Positions 39,670 through 48,344 of a stretch of DNA of 64,000 bases are shown here, in pieces. The position numbers and the translations under genes are program-made. The stretch is taken from positions 6,569 to 70,568 of the forward strand of contig VMGB01000004.1 in NCBI GenBank assembly GCA_007376295.1. The letters are read 5' to 3'. Source of the stretch: Parcubacteria group bacterium Gr01-1014_13. Lineage in GTDB: Bacteria > Patescibacteriota > Patescibacteriia > Magasanikbacterales > GWA2-37-8. The notes below the pieces were generated by a model. It was not told where the DNA came from and searched no databases. It was given only the letters and a program-made list of their open reading frames with translations. Position 1 is the first letter of the stretch; every line of letters starts with the position of its first letter.

Positions 39670-39999
39670 TTAATAAACTATTAAAACGGACACTACTATA
39701 ACAACAAAGATAGCGGCCAACCAGCCAAGCGTATAGAATAACATCGTTAATGCTTCTTTCTTTTGGTTATCTAAATACAACAAAAGAGGTCTGCCCAAAA
39801 CTAAAACTCCCATTATAGTTGCTGATAGAACTAACAGGAGCAACATTATAATCGGCGCAAAAAATTCCGGAACACTTTTAAACATTTTTTCCAGTCCAAG
39901 ATTAAAAAATAGGGCTATACAAAAAATATACGCAAATGCCAATAAGGCGTGCCCCAACGAATGTCCCAGTAATTTTTTATTCATATTTGCAAAGCCCAT
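39670..39999 (-). CDS. Small membrane protein (109 aa)
   Basis: Three hydrophobic helices. Confidence 0.4.
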   Translation of the reverse strand: MGFANMNKKLLGHSLGHALLAFAYIFCIALFFNLGLEKMFKSVPEFFAPIIMLLLLVLSATIMGVLVLGRPLLLYLDNQKKEALTMLFYTLGWLAAIFVVIVVSVLIVY

Positions 40000-40033
40000 G
40001 AAAAATAAATAACTTATCCTATTGAGATTATAT

Positions 40034-40065
40034 CAGAACAAAACACCCAGCGCAAGGCTGAGTGT
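40034..40065 (-). terminator. Terminator after surface protein gene 1
   Basis: ACACTCAGCCTTGCGCTGGGTGT hairpin then TTTTGTTCTG. Confidence 0.5.
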
Positions 40066-40094
40066 TTCTTGATTTTTATTGATGATTTTGTTTT

Positions 40095-42389
40095 TTAGAG
40101 GCTATTGAGCGCGGCGCGTGTAGCCGGACCAACATGACCCGGAGCAGTCGCAAATCCTTGATCTTTTTGGAAAGCAATTACGGCGGCTCTGGTAGCAGGA
40201 CCGAATGTTCCAGTGTCGGTAGGATAGGTAAAGAATCCTAATTCTCTAAGTTTGGCTTGCAGTGCCTTTACTTCGTTACCTTTGGAACCAACTCTTAAGT
40301 TACTAATAAATTCACCAAAAGCTTGTGCTTGTGGAGGAACCGCCGGAACTGGAGCAGAACTTTCACCAGCTGAAACTGCTGATTCCGAATTAAGGGCTGC
40401 GCGTGTAGCTGGACCAACTGAACCCGGAGCAGTCTTAAATCCTTGCGCTTTTTGGAAAGCGACGACTGCTGCCTTGGTGACTGCTCCAAATAAGCCAGTA
40501 TCAGTAGGATGTTTGAAGAAACCTAATTCTCTAAGTCTAGCTTGCAACTTTTTGACTTCTGCGCCCTTTGAACCGGGACCTAAATTTTGAACAAAGACTG
40601 CTACTGGGGAAGCTGTGGAAGGAAGAGAAACAGACGCGGGAGTGGCCGGGAAGGAAGGTATATCCAAAGAATCGCTGGGTACAGCTGGAGCGGTGGTCGG
40701 GACAGCCGGAATGGCTGGAGTTATAGAAGCGCCTCCTCCACCACCTCCGCCACCTCCTACAGATCCACTCGATCCACAAGCGTTGGTAGTTCCAGTTACG
40801 GAAGTTGATGTTGCTGTGGCTACATTATCACCATTTCGTCCGCTAACACTAAAGGTGCGGGTAGTACCACAGTTAATACCGCCTACTGAATAACTTCTAG
40901 ATGAAATTAATCCTGAATTAGTATTAGCAGTCTCATCTATTACCCAGTAGTTAGTAGATTCTCCAGACCAACTAAGGGTGAATCCATTGGCTTCGCCACT
41001 AAGAGAAACTGAAGAAGGTGTGTTGGCCAGGGTATATATAGTCGCTGCCGAGCTGAAACTCGAAGTCACCCGATCACCATTGACCGCAGCTACACTTATA
41101 GTATGGGTAGTATTAGCCGAAAGTCCGGTAGTACTAGTTCCATTAATCGCACCTAATTGAACAGCCGTAAAAGTAGTGCTGGAAGAAGTTCCCCAGGTGC
41201 CATCGCTTTGCAAATACTGAAGCGTCGTTCCACCAGTATCACGAACAACATAAGTGGTAGTAGCCGGATTACTGGAAGAATTAATAGTTACTGTAAAACT
41301 TGTTAAAGCAGCCGCGGATAAAGTAGGAGTTCCAGGAGTAGCAGCTAATGTAATAATATCAACAGCCGAGCTAAAAGTGGTGGTCACACGATCACCATTG
41401 ACCGCAGCGACGCTGATTCTGTGAATAGTGTTGGTGGCCAGACCGGTAGTACTCGTTCCATTAATCGCACCCAATTGAACAGCGGTAAATGTTGTTCCAG
41501 AAGAAGCGCCCCATGTCCCATCGCTTTGCAAATATTGGAGCGTGGCTTGGGCAGTGTCACGAACTATAAAAGTAGTTGTGGCAGGGTTGGAGGAAGAATT
41601 AATAGTTACCGTAAATCCTTGAGCAGTGGCAGCAGACAGAGTAGGAGCGCCAGGAGTATCAGCCAACGTCATAATATCCGCAGACGCACTAAAGCTTGTG
41701 GTCACATTGTCCCCATTAACTGCGGCCACGCTGATTCTGTGAAGCGTGTTAGTGGCCAGACCAGTAGTGCTAGTTCCATTAATCGCACCTAATTGAACAG
41801 CCGTAAAAGTAGTGTTAGAAGAAGCTCCCCAGGTCCCATTGCTTTGCAAATACTGGAGCGTGGCTTGAGCAGTATCGCGAACAATATAGGTAGTTGCGGC
41901 TACCACATTGGAGGATGAGTTAATGGTTACGGTGAATCCTTGAGCAGTGGCAGCCGATAAAGTGGGGGTGCCAGGAGTATCAGCTAGAGTATAAGTTAGC
42001 GAGGATGTAGCATAGGACGAGGTGGCACCTGCAGCATCACCACCGGCAGCACCAAGGTAATAGGCTGTATTTGTAGCTAAACCGTTAACTGTAAAACTAA
42101 CAGTGCTAGTATTAGTTATGACAGCTATTTGTGCGGCAGTAGGAACTCTGTTAGTTGAGCTGGCCACTACCCACTTAGAACCACTAAAGCCAGCATCTGC
42201 CGTCCAATTATAAGTAATAGATTGAGCTGTGACAGCGCTAGTGGATGTTGGCGCTATCGGCGCAGAGGTCGCAGCGAAAACGTTGCTTATTTTAAAAACC
42301 AAAAAAGTCAGACTTAAAAGCCCAACTAAAAAACTGAACACTAGCATCTTGCCTGTGAACATCTTTTTTTGCAAAGAAGACACGCTCAT
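40095..42389 (-). CDS. Large secreted/cell-surface protein: signal anchor, three FN3-like repeats, poly-Gly and Pro-rich linkers, two C-terminal peptidoglycan-binding (PG_binding_1-like) domains
   Basis: N-terminal MSVSSLQKKM...hydrophobic segment. Three ~105-aa repeats (TLADTPGxPTLSAATAQGFTVTINSSSNP...HRISVAAVNGD). GGGGGGGGG. Two copies of GSKGxEVKxLQAxLRELGFFxxPTDTGxFGxxTxAAVxAFQK. Confidence 0.75.
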   Translation of the reverse strand: MSVSSLQKKMFTGKMLVFSFLVGLLSLTFLVFKISNVFAATSAPIAPTSTSAVTAQSITYNWTADAGFSGSKWVVASSTNRVPTAAQIAVITNTSTVSFTVNGLATNTAYYLGAAGGDAAGATSSYATSSLTYTLADTPGTPTLSAATAQGFTVTINSSSNVVAATTYIVRDTAQATLQYLQSNGTWGASSNTTFTAVQLGAINGTSTTGLATNTLHRISVAAVNGDNVTTSFSASADIMTLADTPGAPTLSAATAQGFTVTINSSSNPATTTFIVRDTAQATLQYLQSDGTWGASSGTTFTAVQLGAINGTSTTGLATNTIHRISVAAVNGDRVTTTFSSAVDIITLAATPGTPTLSAAALTSFTVTINSSSNPATTTYVVRDTGGTTLQYLQSDGTWGTSSSTTFTAVQLGAINGTSTTGLSANTTHTISVAAVNGDRVTSSFSSAATIYTLANTPSSVSLSGEANGFTLSWSGESTNYWVIDETANTNSGLISSRSYSVGGINCGTTRTFSVSGRNGDNVATATSTSVTGTTNACGSSGSVGGGGGGGGGASITPAIPAVPTTAPAVPSDSLDIPSFPATPASVSLPSTASPVAVFVQNLGPGSKGAEVKKLQARLRELGFFKHPTDTGLFGAVTKAAVVAFQKAQGFKTAPGSVGPATRAALNSESAVSAGESSAPVPAVPPQAQAFGEFISNLRVGSKGNEVKALQAKLRELGFFTYPTDTGTFGPATRAAVIAFQKDQGFATAPGHVGPATRAALNSL
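41076..41993. repeat. Three tandem ~310-bp intragenic repeats encoding the FN3-like modules
   Basis: Recurring nucleotide blocks (for example ATCGCACC[TC]AATTGAACAGC[CG]GTAAA at ~41141, ~41465 and ~41783). Confidence 0.7.
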
Positions 42390-42502
42390 AAATTAAAAGA
42401 ATTTTTATCCTAGTTAGGCCTAGGAATGAAAGATAATTAAAACTTAATTTAAATTATACACTATTTTTTATTTATACTGAAGTTTAATCTGGGGATAACT
42501 AA

Positions 42503-42528
42503 AAGAACGTCCCACATAGGACGTTCTT
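42503..42528. terminator. Hairpin terminator downstream of surface protein gene 2
   Basis: AAGAACGTCC-CACATA-GGACGTTCTT, T-rich on both sides. Confidence 0.55.
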
Positions 42529-42550
42529 AAATTTTTAATTTTGTAATTTT

Positions 42551-43933
42551 TTACAAGCTGTTAAGCGCGGCGCGCGTAGCCGGACCAACATGACCTGGGT
42601 ATGGTTTTAATCCTTGATCTTTTTGGAAAGCTACCACCGCTTTTCGGGTAACTCCACCAAAGAATCCGGTGTCGGTAGGATAAGTGAAGAAACCTAATTC
42701 TCTAAGTTTGGCTTGCAATGCCTTTACTTCATTACCTTTGGAACCGACTCTAAGTTGTGTGCGGAACACGGCAACTGGTGAAGCTGTAGATGGTAATGAA
42801 ACTGAAGCTGGAGCGGCTGGTGTAGCAGGGGTAGCTGGTTCTGCCGGAGTAACACTGGGAACAGCCGGTGTAGCTGGGGTTGCTGGAATAGCTGAAAAAG
42901 GATTCTGTGGTTGGCCACCTCCGCCACCACTTCCGCCACCTACAACCGCACCCGATCCACAAGCGTTAGTAGTTCCAGTTACAGCCGTTGTTGTTGCTGT
43001 GGATATTTCATCACCATTTCGTCCGCTGACGGTAAAGCTATGAGTCGTACCACAATTAATGCCGGTGACCGTATAACTAGTTCCAGAAATGTACCCTGAA
43101 TTAGTACCCGCAGTATCATCTGAAGCAAGGTAATCGGTAGCATCTCCAGTCCAGCTAAAGGTGAGGCTGTTTGCGCTAGCAGCGACAGTAGGAGCAGAAG
43201 GTGTGTTGGCAAGAGTATAAAAAGTTGCGGCGGCAGTGCTGAAACTGGTAGTTACGCCATCGCCGTTGACCGCGGCCACAGCTATGGTATGCGTAGTATT
43301 GGCGGTAAGTCCAGTAGTACTAGTTCCATTAATCGCACCCAATTGGACAGCTGTAAAAGAGGTGGAAGAGGAAGCACCCCAAGTCCCATCGCTTTGTAAA
43401 TACACAGGCGTGGTTCCACCACTATCACGAACTATGAAAGTAGTATTGGACGGATTAGTTGAAGAATTAATGGTTACTGTAAAACTTGTAGTTGATGTAG
43501 CAGATTTAGATGGCGTGCCTGGGGTAGCGGCTAAAGTATAAACCGCTGAAGAAGTAGCATAGGATGAAGTGGCACCTGTAGCATCACCACCGGCAGCACC
43601 GAGGTAGTACAATGTATTTGTAGCTAAACCGTTGGCTACGAAACTAACGGTACTAGTATTAGTTATTTCAGCTATTTGTGCAGCAGTAGGAACTCTGTTA
43701 GTTGAAGTAGCCACAACCCACTTAGAACCACTAAAACCAGTCGCAGCTGTCCAAGTATAAGTTATAGTCTGAATACCAACAGCGCTAGTGGATGTTGGCG
43801 CTATCGGCGCAGCGGTCGCCGCAAAAACTTTATTCGCAATAAGAATTAAAAAAGTCAGACTTAAAAGTCCAACTAAAAAAATGGACAACAATTTTGTTGT
43901 GCTCATTTTTTCCCGCAGAGAAGACACGCTCAT
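42551..43933 (-). CDS. Paralogous secreted/cell-surface protein with one FN3-like module, poly-Gly/Pro-rich linker and one PG-binding domain
   Basis: N-terminus MSVSSLREKM...same architecture as 40095-42389 but shorter (460 aa). Conserved 5' leader hairpin shared with the paralog. Confidence 0.75.
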   Translation of the reverse strand: MSVSSLREKMSTTKLLSIFLVGLLSLTFLILIANKVFAATAAPIAPTSTSAVGIQTITYTWTAATGFSGSKWVVATSTNRVPTAAQIAEITNTSTVSFVANGLATNTLYYLGAAGGDATGATSSYATSSAVYTLAATPGTPSKSATSTTSFTVTINSSTNPSNTTFIVRDSGGTTPVYLQSDGTWGASSSTSFTAVQLGAINGTSTTGLTANTTHTIAVAAVNGDGVTTSFSTAAATFYTLANTPSAPTVAASANSLTFSWTGDATDYLASDDTAGTNSGYISGTSYTVTGINCGTTHSFTVSGRNGDEISTATTTAVTGTTNACGSGAVVGGGSGGGGGQPQNPFSAIPATPATPAVPSVTPAEPATPATPAAPASVSLPSTASPVAVFRTQLRVGSKGNEVKALQAKLRELGFFTYPTDTGFFGGVTRKAVVAFQKDQGLKPYPGHVGPATRAALNSL

Positions 43934-44040
43934 AAATTAAAAAAGTTTTTAACCCAGCTAAGGCTGAGAATAATAAATTTAAAGGTTAAAAATATTATAC
44001 CATAAAATTGCAATTTTTCTACAATCCCCCTGTGGATAAC

Positions 44041-44078
44041 TAAATAAAAATGACCCCTGAATTTATTCTCGGGGTCAT
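44041..44078 (-). terminator. Terminator after tsf
   Basis: ATGACCCCGAGAATAAATTCAGGGGTCAT hairpin then TTTTTATTT on the minus strand. Confidence 0.6.
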
Positions 44079-44100
44079 TTTTAAATTTTAAATTAAATAT

Positions 44101-44973
44101 TTACTTCAATTGCGCTTCTACCTCGGCGGCAAAATCGGTGGTTTCTTTTACCAGACCTGCGCCCAATTCAAACCTTTCCATTTTGGAAATACTAATATTT
44201 TCTCCCAATAGTTTTTGAACAGTTTTTTCTTCATCTTTAATAAACGGCTGTTCTAACAAACAAATTTCACTATAAAATTTGTCCAATTTGCCAGTCAAGA
44301 TTTTTTCAATCGCGGCTTCTGGTTTACCTTGTTGTTTTAGCTGTTCGGTAAAAATTTCTTTTTCTTTTTCTACTAATTCGGCCGGCACCTGATCGCGGCT
44401 GACATATTTCGGGTTGGATGCGGCGGCATGCATAGCAATATCGGTTGCCAAACCAGCGTGATCGCTATTCTTTAATAGAATCAAAACAGAAATCTTGCCG
44501 CCCAAATGTGAGTAGGCGCCAAAAACATCGCTAGAATCTTTTTCTACTACCGCAAAACGGCGTAAAGAAATCTTCTCTCCGATTTTGGCTGTCAGATTAT
44601 TTAAACGATCCTGCAAAGTTTCATCACCAATTTTTTCTGTCATAGCTTGCTCAACTGTTTGCGGCTTGCTGGCGAGTAATGCGTCAGCAAAATCGCTGAC
44701 CAATTTTCTAAAATCTTCATTTTGAGCCACAAAATCTGTTTCGGAATTTACTTCAAGAATCACAGCTGTGTTACCATCTGTTTTTATTTGAGTAGTGCCT
44801 TCGGCCGCGACTTTATCTGTGCGCTTGGCCGCTTTTACAATACCTTTTTTACGAAGTATCTCCCCTGCCTTTTCCAGATCACCTTCGGCTTCATCCAAAG
44901 CTTTCTTGCAATCCATCATACCAGCACCAGTCATTGATCTAAGTTTGGCTACATCTGATGCGCTTACTGACAT
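44101..44973 (-). CDS. tsf: Elongation factor Ts
   Basis: VAKLRSMTGAGMMDCKKAL (UBA-like N-terminus), dimerisation domain. Confidence 0.92.
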   Translation of the reverse strand: MSVSASDVAKLRSMTGAGMMDCKKALDEAEGDLEKAGEILRKKGIVKAAKRTDKVAAEGTTQIKTDGNTAVILEVNSETDFVAQNEDFRKLVSDFADALLASKPQTVEQAMTEKIGDETLQDRLNNLTAKIGEKISLRRFAVVEKDSSDVFGAYSHLGGKISVLILLKNSDHAGLATDIAMHAAASNPKYVSRDQVPAELVEKEKEIFTEQLKQQGKPEAAIEKILTGKLDKFYSEICLLEQPFIKDEEKTVQKLLGENISISKMERFELGAGLVKETTDFAAEVEAQLK

Positions 44974-45006
44974 ATATTTTTGAAGTTAATGTTAGAGTGT
45001 AAAATT

Positions 45007-45789
45007 TTAGATTGATTCTTCTTTTTTTAGAGCTCGTCTTTCTATCTTTACCGCGTCCTGTTTTACCGGTTCTTCTTTGGCGCGCTCTAATTTTTTCTTT
45101 TCGAATTCTTTTCGGCCTTCGTTTATCGCTTCAGCTATTAAATCCGTAATTAATTTTATAGAATTGACAGCGTCGTCATTGGCCGGGATAGCGTAGTTAA
45201 CTTTTTCTGGATTAACATTGGTATCGCAAACAGCTACGGTTGGCACTTCAGTTCTTTCAGCTTCAGCCAAAGCGGTTTTTTCGGTGCGCATATCAGCGAT
45301 ATATAGCGCGTCTGGCATTTTGTCCAAGGTTGTTAAACCGATTAAATATTTATCCAATTTTTCCAATTGTTTCTTCATTGTTACTTGTTCTTTTTTAGTA
45401 TATTTTTCGATTTCACCTGTAGCAAACATTTCTTTCAAGTCATGATATTTTTTCAAACGACGTTTAACTTCTCCAAAATTGGTAAGCAATCCGCCGATCC
45501 AGCGTTCTACCAAATATGGCTGTTCACAGCTAACCGCAGCTGCCTTGGTAATTTCTCTGGCCTGGCGTTTTGTGCCGACAAATAAAATAACTTGACCTTT
45601 TGCGGCCAAATTTTTGACGTAATTTAGAGCTTTATCAAGTTGAACTTGAGTTTTCTCCAAATCGATAATATGCACGCCATTACGAACACCAAAGATGTAT
45701 TGTTCCATCTTGGGGTGCCAGCGTGATTTCTGGTGGCCAAAGTGTACTCCGGCCTTTAACATTTCCAACAAAGTCGGCATCTTGCTCAT
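45007..45789 (-). CDS. rpsB: 30S ribosomal protein S2
   Basis: LLEMLKAGVHFGHQKSRWHPKM, canonical S2 N-terminus. Acidic/basic C-terminal tail. Confidence 0.95.
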   Translation of the reverse strand: MSKMPTLLEMLKAGVHFGHQKSRWHPKMEQYIFGVRNGVHIIDLEKTQVQLDKALNYVKNLAAKGQVILFVGTKRQAREITKAAAVSCEQPYLVERWIGGLLTNFGEVKRRLKKYHDLKEMFATGEIEKYTKKEQVTMKKQLEKLDKYLIGLTTLDKMPDALYIADMRTEKTALAEAERTEVPTVAVCDTNVNPEKVNYAIPANDDAVNSIKLITDLIAEAINEGRKEFEKKKLERAKEEPVKQDAVKIERRALKKEESI

Positions 45790-45909
45790 ATTTTCCTTAT
45801 TATTGCCTCCTAGCCTTGCCCCGGAATGGTCCGTAGGGAGGAAAAAATTGGCTAGCGAGAGATTAAATTAAGATATGGACAGTATATATGAATGGCGACA
45901 AGAAGTCAA
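45790..45909 (-). promoter_or_regulatory. rpsB promoter (TTGACT-17-TATACT) and ~85-nt structured leader with anti-SD hairpin
   Basis: Leader contains CCTCCCTACGG...CTAGGAGG, in which CCTCC can pair with the GGAGG SD. Confidence 0.45.
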
Positions 45910-45933
45910 GAACCCTTGCTGGACACGTCTGAA

Positions 45934-45982
45934 AATAAAAAACTCTTGAGCATCTGTACTTTAAAGTACGAACACTCAAGAG
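45934..45982 (-). terminator. Strong terminator after the protease gene
   Basis: CTCTTGAG-(24-nt loop with inner stem GTACTTTAAAGTAC)-CTCAAGAG then TTTTTTATTTTC. Confidence 0.65.
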
Positions 45983-45987
45983 GTTAT

Positions 45988-46680
45988 TCATAACGAAATA
46001 TTGTTATCTGCGAGAAAACGACGTATCTCTACGACAGAGACAAGAACCGATTTCTCGCCCCCACCGAGACTCAACTTGTGGACGGCGATAAGCTTTCCGG
46101 TCGTCGCCGAGAAAACAGGCTGACCCGAGGAACCATCATTGGCAGGCAACATGACGAGGAGCCCGGCCTTGAAATTTGCCGGTTCGGCAGGACGCATGTC
46201 AACGAAGAACGGAACGGTCATGACCTTACCCCACACCGTCGTGGGGCCTCGCCCGCCCGGATATCCGATGCCATAAGTTGGATCACCGGCGTTAACCTCC
46301 TTGTCATCAGCAAAGCTGACAACGGATCCAACCGTCAAACCGTTGACCCGCAAAAGCGCCAAATCACGGGTAGGGTCATTGGCAACGACGGTCGCCATGA
46401 AATTTGATTCGGTGCCATCAGCGCGCTTGATTACAACTATGATCGCGCTGCTTCCAGCACGCCGTATGACGTGCTCGTTGGTCAGAACAAGACCGTTCTT
46501 AGAGATGATCACTCCCGAACCTTGTCCAGACTCGACAACATCGATGCGGACTGAAGCGAGAACGTTAGCATCGTGAGCGACTAACGGAAACGGGGCAGGA
46601 AGCTGAACGATGGGCTTTGGCGCAGAAGCGCAGGCAGCGAGGATAAAACAAAAGGCGATGGAAAGACGACGGGTTTGCAT
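45988..46680 (-). CDS. Trypsin-like serine protease (S1-family, DegP-like without PDZ), predicted lipoprotein
   Basis: Signal peptide with lipobox FILAAC. GSGVIIS...TNEHVI (His), DLALL (Asp), GSSGQPVF (Ser). AAGGAG SD. Markedly high GC. Confidence 0.7.
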   Translation of the reverse strand: MQTRRLSIAFCFILAACASAPKPIVQLPAPFPLVAHDANVLASVRIDVVESGQGSGVIISKNGLVLTNEHVIRRAGSSAIIVVIKRADGTESNFMATVVANDPTRDLALLRVNGLTVGSVVSFADDKEVNAGDPTYGIGYPGGRGPTTVWGKVMTVPFFVDMRPAEPANFKAGLLVMLPANDGSSGQPVFSATTGKLIAVHKLSLGGGEKSVLVSVVEIRRFLADNNISL

Positions 46681-46738
46681 GTGACTCCTTGGTTTGAGAA
46701 AGAACGACCATAACATGCCACGCATTGGTCATCTTGTC

Positions 46739-46755
46739 AAGTGTATACAATATAC
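46739..46755. promoter_or_regulatory. Inverted repeat GTGTATA-N3-TATACAC abutting the -35 of the protease promoter (candidate operator)
   Basis: GTGTATACAATATACAC directly 5' of minus-strand TTGACA. Confidence 0.3.
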
Positions 46756-46780
46756 ACTGCTAATTTTAATAACAAAAAAA

Positions 46781-46825
46781 CCCCGCCTCAATATCCGCTT
46801 TTTGAACGAAATCGAGACGAGGGAG
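46781..46825. repeat. Copy A of a ~45-nt repeated element at the 3' end of an island gene
   Basis: CCCCGCCTCAATATCCGCTTTTTGAACGAAATCGAGACGAGGGAG, near-identical to 47609-47654. Confidence 0.6.
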
Positions 46826-46827
46826 TT

Positions 46828-47400
46828 CTACTTACAAAGAACGAGAATACCATACCGAGAATGCATTTGGGCACGAGAATTATCGAGCCAAAACCTACGA
46901 AATGTCCCTTCAACGGTGACAAATGGTCCAAGAACGGCGGGGTCTTCTGAGTAATCACCGCACACCGAGCAGGAATCCTTACTGCTTGCGTACACCCTTT
47001 CCCACTTTGCGACTTCGTTGGAGTGATCATACAGGAAATTCGCCAGATCATAGATATTGGCCAGGGTGTAACCCTCCTTGACCAAACGAGCTGGACCGTC
47101 CCATCTCTTCTCACCATCAAGGTACCGCTCCACCATCAAGCTCACGCTCCTTAGAGCACCACCAATTTTAATCGGAAAGTGCTCAGGGGTGATTAAAGGG
47201 TGGATTCCTCTGAGGTTGTTCTCGCCGACCGCACGATTGATGAGGAATGTGAGATTGCTCGACTGACTGCGGGTAGTCTGTAAACCCACGAGGAAACGAG
47301 CAGGACCTTCGAGGAACGTCTGTAAGTTAGAACTTGTGATTTTTCCTTCTTCGACAAGACGAAAAAAATGTTGCATCTGCGGGAATGTTGGTGTACTCAT
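46828..47400 (-). CDS. Hypothetical protein (190 aa), island gene
   Basis: AAGGAG SD before ATG at 47400. High GC. Possible distant similarity to the 692-1264 protein. Confidence 0.5.
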   Translation of the reverse strand: MSTPTFPQMQHFFRLVEEGKITSSNLQTFLEGPARFLVGLQTTRSQSSNLTFLINRAVGENNLRGIHPLITPEHFPIKIGGALRSVSLMVERYLDGEKRWDGPARLVKEGYTLANIYDLANFLYDHSNEVAKWERVYASSKDSCSVCGDYSEDPAVLGPFVTVEGTFRRFWLDNSRAQMHSRYGILVLCK

Positions 47401-47566
47401 ACCATCTCCTTGGCCCAATGGTAGTCAATCAACGTCTCGGCACTATTGCCTACTGCGCTGTTGATAGACCAAATAGGTCAAAATGAAGGTGGGTGGATTC
47501 CCAACCTTCTTTTGAGTCTGTAAACAGAACCAAAACAAAGCTGGGAATATTGTAAAAGAACAGATA

Positions 47567-47595
47567 AATATACAACAAAATATATCATTTGTCAA
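47567..47595 (-). promoter_or_regulatory. Consensus promoter TTGACA-17-TATATT for the 47400 gene (long ~160-nt leader)
   Basis: Reverse complement TTGACAaatgatatattttgttgTATATT. Confidence 0.45.
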
Positions 47596-47608
47596 GGGAA
47601 AAGAAAAA

Positions 47609-47654
47609 CCCCCGCACCGATATCCGCTTTTTGAGCGAAATCGAGACGAGGGAT
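47609..47654. repeat. Copy B of the ~45-nt repeated element
   Basis: CCCCCGCACCGATATCCGCTTTTTGAGCGAAATCGAGACGAGGGA. Immediately 3' of the 47675-47950 gene stop, with a G-run/T-run tail on the minus strand. Confidence 0.6.
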
Positions 47655-47674
47655 CTAAGTAACCAAGTACCGGA

Positions 47675-47950
47675 TTACTTCACCGAAGACAGGTCGAGTT
47701 TCGTGTTGTCGCTGATACCCATCGAACGCATCAGTTCTCGCTGACTGTACACGTACTTGCGCGCATCAGCTTCGGTCCTGACCTGGTTGTGCACCAGGAA
47801 GTCCACAGCCACTTCGTCGATGGAGAGCAGGGAAAGATCTTCCGGCTCTGCAAAAGCCACGGCTTTGCCTTCAGCGAAGGCCTGGTCGAGTTCTAGCAGG
47901 AACAGACTGTCGTCATCGTAACTGGAAAAGAAGCCGTCCTTGTGCGTCAT
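47675..47950 (-). CDS. Hypothetical acidic small protein (91 aa)
   Basis: AAGGAG SD. Promoter TTGACA-17-TAAACT at 48040-48068. Confidence 0.5.
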   Translation of the reverse strand: MTHKDGFFSSYDDDSLFLLELDQAFAEGKAVAFAEPEDLSLLSIDEVAVDFLVHNQVRTEADARKYVYSQRELMRSMGISDNTKLDLSSVK

Positions 47951-48019
47951 TTACCATGTCTCCTTAATGTGTGTCCTAGACACTTAAACCTGGGCAAAAT
48001 CGCCAGATTTAAGGCTAAG

Positions 48020-48034
48020 GTTACTTAAAGTAAC
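48020..48034. promoter_or_regulatory. Perfect inverted repeat GTTACTT-A-AAGTAAC at the predicted TSS of the minus-strand promoter (candidate operator)
   Basis: Seen directly. Lies 5-20 nt downstream of the -10 TAAACT (48040-48045) on the minus strand. Confidence 0.4.
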
Positions 48035-48039
48035 AACAT

Positions 48040-48113
48040 AGTTTAGCATAGAATATGAGTTTTGTCAAGGAATAATACCTGGGGTTGACAAATAGGCCAA
48101 AAAGGTGTATAAT
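48040..48113. promoter_or_regulatory. Divergent promoter pair with back-to-back -35 boxes: minus TTGACA-17-TAAACT, plus TTGACA-17-TATAAT
   Basis: tttgtcaaggaataatacctggggttgacaaataggccaaaaaggtgTATAAT. The plus promoter is a perfect consensus. Confidence 0.55.
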
Positions 48114-48134
48114 GGGGTTAATTGGGAGGTTTAA

Positions 48135-48236
48135 ATGAGCAAACCTGATCGTGAAACTTGGCTACTGTTCAGCACCCTTGTTGCTATTGTCATCTTCACC
48201 CTAATCATGGCTTTTTACACGGAGGCAACGAGATGA
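48135..48236 (+). CDS. Small single-TM peptide 1 (33 aa) MSKPDRETWLLFSTLVAIVIFTLIMAFYTEATR
   Basis: GGGAGG SD 6 nt upstream of the ATG at 48135, about 22 nt after the consensus -10. One hydrophobic helix. Confidence 0.5.
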   Translation: MSKPDRETWLLFSTLVAIVIFTLIMAFYTEATR

Positions 48237-48343
48237 AAGGCTGTGGAAGTAATGACGATTTCTACGCTGCAATTTTCAGCGCCGTAATCGTGATTTTACT
48301 CATGGCCTGGATCTTTTTTCTTCTTATAAAGGGAGCAAAATAA
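48233..48343 (+). CDS. Small single-TM peptide 2 (36 aa) MKGCGSNDDFYAAIFSAVIVILLMAWIFFLLIKGAK
   Basis: ATG overlaps the stop of peptide 1 (AGATGA). GGAGG SD 7 nt upstream. Confidence 0.5.
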   Translation: MKGCGSNDDFYAAIFSAVIVILLMAWIFFLLIKGAK

Positions 48344-48344
48344 A

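Noticed and set aside
40252-40893. Several plus- and minus-strand ORFs inside the surface-protein genes (also 42684-43541)
   Set aside because: Artifacts of the repetitive, GC-rich Thr/Ser/Ala/Gly coding sequence read in other frames.
42390-42550. Possible sRNA between the two surface-protein genes
   Set aside because: Region is explained by a terminator for the downstream gene plus the conserved hairpin-containing 5' leader of the upstream gene. No independent promoter/terminator pair.
46788-47120. Alternative-frame 110-aa minus-strand ORF overlapping the 190-aa island gene
   Set aside because: Overlaps the SD-supported 46828-47400 frame. No start signal. High-GC regions generate such open frames by chance.
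48158-48343. 61-aa ORF-track frame upstream of small peptide 2
   Set aside because: The N-terminal 25 codons lack a start signal and overlap peptide 1 in another frame. The SD-supported ATG at 48233 gives the 36-aa peptide.
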